This document shows positions 11,502-21,192 of a stretch of 33,931 nucleotides of DNA, piece after piece. Position numbers and translations under genes: made by a program. The stretch comes from Chiloscyllium plagiosum (taxonomy: Eukaryota), in NCBI RefSeq assembly GCF_004010195.1, contig NC_057720.1:18722165-18756095 (forward strand). Reading direction: 5' to 3'. How positions within the stretch are numbered: position 1 is the first letter of the stretch; each line of letters opens with the position of its first letter. The notes under the pieces were generated by a model. That model made no database searches and had not been told where the DNA came from. It was given only the letters and a program-made list of their open reading frames with translations.

Positions 11502-12083
11502 CCAGTAGTTTCTAGGATAACGTGTGTTTCAGCAGCGCGATTTGGCTATAACGTCACTGAAGAATTAGGGAACGATATTTTCAAGAACATTTACCTCCGT
11601 TTGCAATAGCATGATTCCAGCAGTTATCGGTTTGTGCACTTCATTCTATGTAGGCTCCAAAGTCTCCATGCTGTTCTATGTATATGCCGAGGTCCATACC
11701 ATTCTGTGCATGTGCCAGTGTCCGTGACGTTCTGTGAATGTGTGAGGTTGGTGCCAGTCTTTGCGCCATTATATGCATGTGCCAATGTCAGCTGCTAACA
11801 GAGCAGTTTTTTCTAAGAAGTATTGTACAGAACGTAGCGTCCTTATATTTTTTAAATGTACTGCATTAAATTTACTTCTGTTTCATTAATAAGTATGATT
11901 TCAGCCTTCATTCAGGGTGTGCTATACTTTGTTAGACTTTTGAGCCATCATGAGTAATGTTTGTTTTAGCTGGTCTGCCCCCAACTGCATTTTTCCCATC
12001 GGCCCTATTATTTCTATGAAGTAATTTTCTATTAAACGAGGTTTCACTGGAATGCAACTATGACATTATAGGAGAATTACCTG
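11502..12083. mobile_element. Non-autonomous Tc1/mariner-pogo (Tigger-like) DNA transposon remnant
   Basis: TA on both sides (11500-11501, 12084-12085); degenerate TIRs ccagtagtttctaggataacg / cattataggagaattacctg; interrupts the CR1 RT next to the FADD region. Confidence 0.55.
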
Positions 12084-12739
12084 TATCTGCAAGCTTACTA
12101 ACCATGCCTCCGATACTCTTGTACAAATCTTTTATGCAAATGACAAGCAAAAGTGGACCCATTACAGATCCCTGTGCAACACCAGTGATCACAGGATTCC
12201 AGTCTGAAAAACAACCTTTCACTGTCAGGCTCTGTGTATTACCATCAACCGATTTGTATCCAATTAGCAAGCTCACTCTGAATTCCATGTGATCTAACTT
12301 TACCAATAAGTCCACCATGCGGAACCTCGTCAAAGACTTCACTAAAGCCCGTGTAAACAACACTCTGCCTAATCAATATTTTTGGGTTACTTCCTCAAAA
12401 AACTCAGTCAAGTTTGTGAGATACAATTCCCTACACACACAACCATGCTGACTATCAGTCCTTGCCTCTCTAAGTGCACATAAATCCTATCTTTCAGAAT
12501 CACCTCCAACAACCTCACCACCACCGATGTCAGGTTCACAGATCAATAGTTCATAGGCTTCTCCTTACAGCCTTTCTGACATAAATGTCTTCGGTAAGCT
12601 GTGTAACTTGTAATGTCAGTGTTAGTGCATGCAATCTTTTTCTTGTTTTATGATAAAGTAGCTGTTTAAGAGAAATGCAATCATGTTTTGTGACCTGAAT
12701 GAATATCTGGAGTTATGTCTACCTCAGCTATAAGTGCCT

Positions 12740-13310
12740 TTGCGTCCAGACTGGCAACAGGCAAAAGTTTTGAAATTACTCCAACAATACTCAAAGCTTT
12801 GCACCATCCAGGGCAATTACCATCCCAGCTACAACCTTTACATTACCTTTCCCCACTGATGCATAGAGACAGCATGGTGTGCCATTTACAAGATTCACTG
12901 CTGCACCTGCAAATTCCCTCTAAGCCACACACCAGGCAGACTTACAATTATGTTACTGTTGCCTCCTTATTGCTGTTTCAAGGTCCTGGAACATACTTCT
13001 CAACAGTATTGTGAATGTATCTGCACCACATGGATTGCGTCGAAAAGTGTGTTTCTGGAAATGCACAGCAGGTCAGGCAGCATCCGAGGAGCAGGAGAGT
13101 CGACATCTCGGCCATAAGCCCATCCTGATGAAGCTGCGGTGTTGCCTGACCTGTTGTGCCTTTCCAGCACCATACTTTTTGACTCTGATCACCAGTATCT
13201 GTAGTCCTCACTTTCTCCGACCAGGTGGACTACAACAGTTCAAGAAGATGATTTACCACCACCCCCTCAGATGTTGTGCAATTTATGCTGATCTGGCCAG
13301 CACACCCAAT
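12740..13310 (+). mobile_element. 3' end of a second LINE lineage (CR1/L2 group), same family as 16590-24125
   Basis: ctccaacaatactcaaagctttgcaccatccagg aligns with 19320-19335 plus 24031-24045; atttacaagat is shared with 24108-24118. Confidence 0.6.
13039..13218. mobile_element. Short PLE family A fold-back insertion
   Basis: Left arm (13039-13121) is inverted relative to the right arm; only the right arm has the terminal tail; CTGATGA at 13125-13131; imperfect flanking repeat accacatggattgc / accaggtggactac. Confidence 0.82.
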
Positions 13311-15551
13311 TTTATAAAATAAATTTTTAAGACATTCTTCACTTCTGATAGACATCCTGACCTCACTCCAGATGCATTTTTTAAAAATATCTGCCAATGT
13401 TCTCACTTTTATTACTTTTATTTCCCCTTTCCTAATGCACTTCTTCCTTACAGGCACCTTAGCCTGCACCAAGCTTGGGGCAATGACAGGGGTTACTCCC
13501 TGTCTTCTGTCTAGACTGCTCAGCTGTGACAGGCTGTGAGAAGAAGTATAATCAAAATTAGGAATCATCTGTTGATTTTTTTTGCATCAAACAAATTCCA
13601 TCCCTCTCTTCAGTAGCAGCCTTTAATAGCACAAATATTTTAGCATCTTGCTGCCCTGAAAGCATAGAGTGGCATACTGAATCCTCTCATTGTTAATGAA
13701 GGTGTGATATATTATCATGTGCCTTTTTATTATAAATTCCAAAGTATGTTACACACCTGACTGAGAATTAGGTTAATGAACAATAAGATCAAATCGATAC
13801 ATTGCTTCAGTATTACATTAAGAATGTTTCAACTATTCAGTAGGAATCTAATAGATTGTAACTCTTCTTTGAAATGCAATGCAACATTATTTTTGTACTC
13901 TGTGTCCTGATTTTATTCACCACTCATGTCAAATTAACCAGAGGAAGAAAATAGTTGTAATAAATACTAGAAGAAACATTCCCTTGATAATTCCAGTGTT
14001 AGATTTAATTACAGTTTCAATGTTTTCATTTGTCTGAAATAGATTGTTACTAGCTTCTGTAAAATAAGACATTTCCACATTATATGCATTTCTGTGGTTA
14101 CAGCTGATGGCTTAATGATACTTTAGTACTTTTGTTGGATTCCAGATTATTTATGTATAAACTACTCCCTCATTGCTTGAATCAGGTGATTCCCTAAGTA
14201 TCTGAACCATCTAGACAAAGAAAGTGATTGTTTCACTCCTTAGACTACAGCAACAGAGTGACTAGGTTGGTGAAAATCTTAGCTGTCTACCTGTGATTAC
14301 TATCAGGAATTGTTTTGTTAATATCTCTTGTGAATGTCTGACCAACTTAGTAACTCTGAAGGCCAATTACAATCTATTGCTGTAGTCCAAGGAGTGAACC
14401 AATCACCTTCTTTGTCTGGTTAGTTCAGGTACTTAGTGACTTTGACCTTTGCTATGGTGGCCCTACAGGTGAGTAGTTGTTTCTGTAACCAACTAAAAAT
14501 GTGTAAGTTAACACAAAGCATTCAATATCCATGGAATCCAGCAAGAGTTCATTGCTTCAAAACAAAACGGGCAGAAAGGAACGATGTGTACAGAAAAAAC
14601 ATGTTTTAAGCAAAGGAGCTCAAATGCAATCTGTCATAGTTCTGCATCTGCACAATTTCATCACAATCCTTATTTTAGGACTTTTACCTGTGCTTTTTTT
14701 TGTTGATTTTTCTCTTATCGAAGTGACTTGTACTCAACTGGTTTGATTTTGGGATTTTCCTTTCCATGTGACTCATAAGAACATGTTGCATTTTGAATTG
14801 GAAGCTTTTCATTTTTTGACTTTCATCTAGACCCCTTATTGCAGTACCTTCCTTTATTTATAAAAGCATCAGCAGAATTGAAAAAGGTGTTGAAATTTGC
14901 TCGAGCATTTACTTAGATTTTGTGGTTTAATTTTATTATACTTAAAACTCTTGCTTAATAAATAATTAGTCTTGCATTTGAGGAAATCTTGTTCAAGTGT
15001 CTCACTTACTTTCTATCACATTTTTAATGGCATTAGTTAATATGAGACACTTAGCGACTCAAGCGTTTACAGCAGAAGGAGGAGGCCATTTAGCCCATTG
15101 TGTCTGTACTAGTCAACAAAGACCATACTAATCCTTTCCAGATTTTGACTTGTAGCCATGGAGGCTATGGCAATGCTAGTGAATATTTAAATGCATAAAT
15201 GATATGGAAGTTTTGTGTCTTTCTGCCTTAGCCTTCTAACTATTTATCTTAAATCTTTTCCTTTGAATTTTTGACTCCCTTTACAAATGGGAAATGTACT
15301 TTCCTATCCATCTTTCTAAAGCCCTCATAATTTTACTTACCGCCATCTGGTCCCCTTTTTAACCTTTTCTGCTCCAAGGAATATTATAAAATCTTACATC
15401 ATCCAGTACAGCACCCTCTCCAGTACAGTCACGTCCTTCCTATAGTGTGGTGACCAGAACTGCGCACAGTTGTAACTTGTCCTTATTTTATACTCTTGTA
15501 TGCTATGTTTTGGTTAATAAAGACAAGTGTATCCCATATCCTTTCTCAATC

Positions 15552-15673
15552 AGACAGCAAGTGAGTACTGCAGATGCTGGAGATTAGAGCCAAGAATGTG
15601 GTGCTGGAAAAGCACAGCCGGTCAGGCAGCATCCGAACAGCAGGAAAAATCAATGTTTCGGGCAAAAGCCCTT
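15552..15673 (-). mobile_element. Short PLE family A terminus
   Basis: Matches the other family A termini; truncated at hammerhead stem II (gggc-tttt-gccc). Confidence 0.82.
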
Positions 15674-16084
15674 TTCTTTCGATCATCTTACCTACCTGCC
15701 CTGCTATTTTGAGGGAACTTTGGATATGTGCACTAAACTCCCTCAGATCTTCAGAACTTCCCAGGGGCCTACCGTTCCTTGCCATTCATTGTGTAATTCT
15801 TTGCCTCTTCAGAATTCCCTAGGTGTATTACCTAATTCTTTTCCAAGTTCAGTGCTGTTTCCCAATGCTCTGCCCATCTGATCGGTCGATTGATATTCTC
15901 CCGCAGTTCATAGCTATCCTCACTACTTACCACTCTTCCAAATTCCTTCTTGACCATACCTCCTGTGTTCAAGTCCAAGCTAGTAATGTATGTCATAAAC
16001 ACCACTGCAGAGCTCCACTGGAAACATACTTACAGTTACCAAAAGATCCTTCTACCCTGCACCTTTTTTCTTTATTTATTCACA

Positions 16085-16218
16085 TTGACAATGGACTCAA
16101 TTCCAAATTTTTATTGAATTCAAATTCCACAACTCCCATGGTGAGATTTAAATACATTCAAACATCACCTGCATATCTTGATTAGCAGTCCTGCAATAAT
16201 ATCACTAGGCCATCGCCT
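16085..16218 (-). mobile_element. tRNA-derived SINE (second family), 5' head
   Basis: Reverse complement ggcgatggcctagtgatattatt...ggaatttgaattcaataaa; homologous to 6757-6863. Confidence 0.6.
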
Positions 16219-16801
16219 ATGGTGATGCTTCCTGCCTCTCGACCAATTTTATATCCGATATGCCACTTTGCCTTGGATCCCATGAGGTCTCAATTTTTGA
16301 CCAGTCTCTCATGAGGGATATTACCGAAGACTACATAGTCTTTGGTACAAAGACTACATAGACCACATCAAATGCATCACCCTCATCAACACGCCTGATT
16401 ACTTCCTCAAAAATTCCAATCAAATTTGTCAAACATGATATCTCCTTAACAAATCCATGCGGACTATCCCTGATTGATCCATGGCTATCGAAATGCAGAT
16501 ATATTTCAAAATTATTTCAAATATTATCCCCATCACTGAGATTAGACTGACTGATGACATTTCCCTGATTTATTCATTCTTTCACAGTGAGAAAACCTGA
16601 CCGTGATGTGTGCCACGATAACAATGCGAAATGGAATGGACAGATCTAGCAGCTCAAGACTGGACATCTCTGAGGCTCAGTGGGCCATCGACAGCACAAT
16701 CTCCAAACTCATGGCCCAGTGTATCTCCCACCCGACCATTACCATCAAACCAGGGGATCAACCCTAATTCAATGGAGAGTGCAGAAGGGCATGCCAAGAG
16801 C

Positions 16802-16932
16802 TCTGTACCTGATGAAGGGCTTTTGCCCGAAACGTTGATTTTACTGCTCCTCGGATGCTGCCTGAACTGCTGTGCTGTTCCAGCACCACTAATCCAGAAT
16901 CTGGTTTCCAGCATCTGCAGTCATTGTTTTTA
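16802..16932 (+). mobile_element. Short PLE family A variant terminus with 8-bp TSD
   Basis: ccaagagc at 16794-16801 and 16933-16940; starts at the hammerhead core. Confidence 0.87.
16808..16840 (+). ncRNA. Minimal hammerhead ribozyme core (family A), stem I truncated
   Basis: CTGATGA (16809-15)-A-GGGC-tttt-GCCC-GAAA (16829-32)-CGTT-GATT. Confidence 0.6.
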
Positions 16933-18039
16933 CCAAGAGCAGTACCAGGCATTTCTGAAAATGAGGTGTCAACCTTGTGTAGCTACACAACAGCCTACTG
17001 CATCCTAACAACTTAAGCAGCAAATGATAGAGCTAAGTGATTGATTCCTCTACCAGTGGATTGGAGCCCAGCTCTACAGTCCTCATACGTGCAGTTCGTG
17101 GACTATTAAACAATACATTGGAAGAGGAAGTTCCACAAATATCACTATCCTCAATAATGCAGGAGCTTAACTCATCAGTGCAAAAGACAAGGCTAAAGTA
17201 TTTGCAATATTCTTCAGCCAAAAGTGCCGAATGGATGATCCTACTCAGCTTCCTCCAGAGGTCCCCAGCGTTATACATGCTAATCATCAGCCAATTCAAT
17301 ATGATGCGATATCAAGAAATGATTGGAGACACTGAATACTGCAAAGGCTATGGGCCCTGACAACACCCAGCAATAGTGCTGAAATTTTGTGCTCCAGGAC
17401 ATGCTGCATCCCAGCCAAGCTGTTCCAGTATAGTTTACTGTCATTTACCTAATAATGTGGGAAATTGTCCAGGTATGCCCTCTACACAGAAAGCAGGACA
17501 AATCCAACCTGGCCAATTACCACCCTATCAGTCTCCTCTGAATTATCAGTAAAGGTGATGGACAGTATTATAAATGGTACTTAGCGATAATTTGTTCACT
17601 GACCCTCAGTTTGGATTCTGCCACTGGCACTCAGCTCCTGAGCTCAGTGCAGCCTTGGTTCAAACATAGACAAAAGAATTAAATTCTAGAGGTAAGGTGA
17701 GAGTGATTGTCCTTGACATCCAGGTTGCAATTGACCAAGTGCGCCATCCAAGAGCTCAAATTAGATTCAATGGGATTCAGGATGTAGGGGGAATACCTCG
17801 TTGGTTGGAGTCATATCTAACACATTGGAAGATGGTAGTGGTTACTTCAGACATTTAAGCAGTCCACGTTCAAATGCAAGGAGATCCAGGCTTGGCCTGA
17901 TAAATGGCAAGTAACGTTCATGCCACACAATTCCAGGCAATGATTATCTTCAACAAGAGACTATTTCACCAGTGTCCCTTGACATTCACTGGTGTTACCA
18001 TCACTGAAACCACCATTGTCAGTACCCTGGGGTTTAGAG

Positions 18040-19173
18040 GAGAAAGTGAGGACTGCAGATGCTGGAGATCAGAGCTGAAAATGTGTTGCTGGAAAAGCGC
18101 AGCAGGTCAGGCAGCATCCAGGGAACAGGAGAATCGAAGTTTCGGGCATGAGTCCTTCTTCAGGAATGAGGAAAGTGTGTCCAGCAGGCTAAGATAAAAG
18201 GTAGGGAGGAGGGACTTGGGGGAGGGGCGTTGGAAATGCGATAGTGGAAGGAGGTCAAGGTAAGGGTGATGGACCTGACGAGGGAGTCACGGAGGGAGTG
18301 GTCTTTTCGGAACGTTGATAAGGTAGGGGAGGGAAATATATCCCTGGTGGTGAGATCCGTTTGGAGGTGGCGGAACTGACGGAGATGATACGCTGCATAT
18401 GGAGGTTGGTGGGATGGTAGGTGAGGACCAGTGGGGTTCTGTCCTGGTGGCGATTGGAGGGGCGGGGTTCAAGGGCAGAGGAGCGGGAAGTGGAGGAGAT
18501 GCGGTGGAAAGCATCGTCAATCACGTGTGGGGGGAAATTACAGTCTTTGAAAAAGGAGGCCAAAGACCGCAATTTCCCCCAGAATGGCCTCAAAAACACC
18601 ACTCCCTCNNNNNNNNNNNNNNNNNNNNNNNNNNNNNNNNNNNNNNNNNNNNNNNNNNNNNNNNNNNNNNNNNNNNNNNNNNNNNNNNNNNNNNNNNNNN
18701 NNNNNNNNNNNNNNNNNNNNNNNNNNNNNNNNNNNNNNNNNNNNNNNNNNNNNNNNNNNNNNNNNNNNNNNNNNNNNNNNNNNNNNNNNNNNNNNNNNNN
18801 NNNNNNNNNNNNNNNNNNNNNNNNNNNNNNNNNNNNNNNNNNNNNNNNNNNNNNNNNNNNNNNNNNNNNNNTCCCCTCCCCACACCTTGTCTCAGTCAAA
18901 TCCCTTGAACTCAGCACCGCCTTCCTAACCTGCAATCTTCTTCCTGACCGCTCCGCCCCCACCCCCACTCCGGCCTATCACCCTCACCTTGACCTCCTTC
19001 TACCTATCGCATTTCCAACGCCCCTCCCCCAAGTCCCTCCTCCCTACCTTTTATCTTAGCCTGCTGGACACCATTTCCTCATTCCTGAAGAAGGGCTCAT
19101 GCCCAAAACGTCAATTCTCCTGCTCCTTGGATGCTGCCTGACCTGCTGCGCTTTTCCAGCAACACAGTTTCAG
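18040..19173. mobile_element. Penelope-like element family A with inverted termini, internally deleted, spanning the gap
   Basis: TSD ccctggggtttagag at 18025-18039 and 19174-19188; ~18075-18270 is inverted relative to ~18977-19173; minus-strand ORF piece ASFFKDCNFPPHVIDDA...RTPLVLTYHP (PLE RT-endonuclease linker); mutated hammerheads at 18132-18167 (-) and 19081-19116 (+). Confidence 0.88.
18609..18871. other. Assembly gap (263 N)
   Basis: Run of n. Confidence 1.
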
Positions 19174-19409
19174 CCCTGGGGTTTAGAGTTAGGATTGACC
19201 AGAAATTCAACTGGACTCACCATATAAATACTGTGGCTACAAGAGCAGATCCAAGGCTGAAAATATTGCATAACTCCCCGCTGACTCCCCAAAGCCAGAC
19301 CACCATCTACAAGGCACATCTCCAACAACAGAAGTCTCCATTTTGACAAAGCGGCGAGGAGAGAAGGTGGAGTGAAGCTTGGGCTGCCGGGAAGGTAAGG
19401 GCTTAATTT

Positions 19410-19725
19410 TAGATTAGATTAGATTACTTACAGTGTGGAAACAGGCCCTTCGGCCCAACAAGTCCACACCAACCCTCTGAAGAGCAACCCACCCAGACCC
19501 ATTCCCCTACATCTATCCCTTCACCTAACACGACGGGCAATTTAGCCTGGCCAATTCACCTGACCTGCACATTTTTGGACTGTGGGAGGAAACTGGAGCA
19601 CACTGAGGAAACCCACGCAGACACAGGGAGAATGTGCAAACTCCACACAAACAGTTACCTGAGGCGGGATTTGAACCCAGCTCTCTGGCACTGTGAGGCA
19701 GCAGTGCCAGCCACCGTGCCGCCCC
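19410..19725 (-). mobile_element. HE1 / V-SINE
   Basis: tRNA head (ggcacggtggctggcactgctgcc, ggttcaaatccc), V-domain gtggagtttgcacattctccc...gcgtgggtttcctc, CR1-like tail gggccgaagggcctgttt, (aatct)n; TSD taattt. Confidence 0.92.
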
Positions 19726-19897
19726 TAATTTATATTTGGGCAGTGGCTAAACCCGAGATACTACACATGTAGTGTCTCCCTCCCGCCCCCTCCTTTAAGC
19801 GGAAGAAAAAGACTCAGTAAGATAAGGCTTTTATATTTTCTTTATCTTTCAAGTGCATTGTTTGGTTTCAGTTAGTTCATATAAAGCTAAGCTTACA

Positions 19898-21055
19898 ATG
19901 TCAGGGGACCTCAGACCCATGGCATGTGCCTCTTGCTTGATGTGGGAGCTTAGGAACGTGTCTGACATTCCTGACTCTTACCCCTGTAAGAAGTGTGTCC
20001 AGCTGCAGCTCTTGTTTGACCGCATGACGGCTCTGGAGCTGCGGATGGATTCATTGTGGAGCATCCACGATGCTGAGGAGGTTGTGGATAGCACGTTTAG
20101 TGAACTCTGACCTGCTGTGCTTTTCCAGCAATAAAGTTTCAACTTTGATCTCCAGCATCTGCAGACCTCACTTTCTCCATTCCTGACTCTTACACTTGTA
20201 AGAAGTGTGTCCAGCTGCAGCTCTTGTTTGACCGCATGATGGCTCTGGAGCTGCGGATGGATTCACTGTGGAGCATCCGCGATGCTGAGGAGGTTGTGGA
20301 TAGCACGTTTAGTGAACTGGTCACACCGCAGGTTAGATTGCTGAGGGAGACAGTGAATGGGTGACCAAAAGGCAGAAAAAGAGTAGGAAGGCAGTGCAGG
20401 TGTCCCCTGCGGTCATCTCCCTCCAAAACAGGTATACCGTTTTGGATACTGTTAGGGGAGATGGCTCACCGGGGAGGGCAGCAGTTGCCAGAATCATGGC
20501 AACGTGGGGGGCACTGCTGTTCAGAAGGGCAGGAAAAAGACTGTAGGGCCATAGTCATAGGGGATTCTATTGTGAGGGGAGTATACAGGCAGTTCTGTGG
20601 CCGAAAACGGGACTCCTTGATGGTATGTTGCCTCCCAGGTGCTTGGGTCAGGGATGTCACTGATCGGCTGCAGAGCATTCTAAAAGGGGAGGGTGAACAG
20701 CCAGTTGTCTTGGAGCATATAGGCATCAACGATATAAGTAGGAAACAAGATGAGATCCTGAAAGAAGAATTCAGGGAGCTAGGAGAGAAGTTAAAGGGGA
20801 GGACCTCAAAGGTAGTGATCTCAGGATTGCTACCAGTGCCACATGCTAACCAGCGTAGAAATGAAAAAATAGGCAGGATGAACACGTGGCTTGAGAGATG
20901 GTGTAGGAGGGAGGGGTTCAGATTTGTTGGAAATTGGGACCGGTTCAGGGGAAGGTGGGACTATTACAAAAAGGGACGGTCTACATCTGAACCAGACCGG
21001 AACCAATGTCCTTGGGGGAGTTTTTGCTACTGCTGTTGGGGAGGTTTTAAACTAA
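19898..21055 (+). pseudogene. CR1 ORF1 (Cys zinc finger, coiled coil, SGNH esterase), disrupted
   Basis: MSGDLRPMACASC...CKKC; IVIGDSIVRG, CLPGA, HIGIND, and DGLHL after a frameshift; broken by an insertion/duplication and frameshifts. Confidence 0.88.
19967..20318 (+). repeat. 140-bp direct duplication (19967-20106 / 20179-20318) flanking a 72-bp PLE tail (20107-20178)
   Basis: The two copies differ at about 5 positions; the spacer is ctgacctgctgtgcttttccagca...cctcactttctcc. Confidence 0.93.
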
Positions 21056-21192
21056 TGTGGCAGGGGACTGGGAACCAGAAGAGAAAACAAGTAGGCAGTG
21101 AGGTGGAGACTGCGGACTGTAACAATTATGAAGATAGCACTAATAAAGGGAAGAGTAGGTAGAGAGCAGATGAGCACAAAAAACCTGGTGGC

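Larger units (their letters stand above)
7862..12585 (-). mobile_element. CR1 (HER1-like) LINE split by later insertions; own sequence at 7862-8690, ~11456-11501 and 12084-12585
   Basis: LVKPLLEHCVQFWSP (8227-8508 ORF); GVAQGSVMGPLL and VSKLADT (12058-12363 ORF); the pieces join colinearly once 8691-11449 and 11502-12083 are removed. Confidence 0.82.
15057..16570 (-). mobile_element. Old CR1 LINE (RT to 3' end), interrupted by a PLE terminus and a SINE
   Basis: Minus strand has HGFVKEISCLTNLIGIFEEV, CAQFWSPHYRKDV and a 3' UTR ending gggctaaatggcctcctccttctgctgtaaac. Confidence 0.75.

Noticed and set aside
14424..14475. Plus-strand mini-exon ending at the strong donor CAG|GTGAGT (14468), and an overlapping TGACTTTGACCT nuclear-receptor-like site
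   Set aside because: Weak acceptor, unrecognised peptide, and such short motifs are expected by chance in 34 kb
18255..19059. Long ORFs across the gap
   Set aside because: Artefacts of translating N runs
20461..21162. SGNH/GDSL esterase as a host enzyme gene
   Set aside because: An esterase domain is a known part of CR1 ORF1; here it is frameshifted and embedded in the LINE
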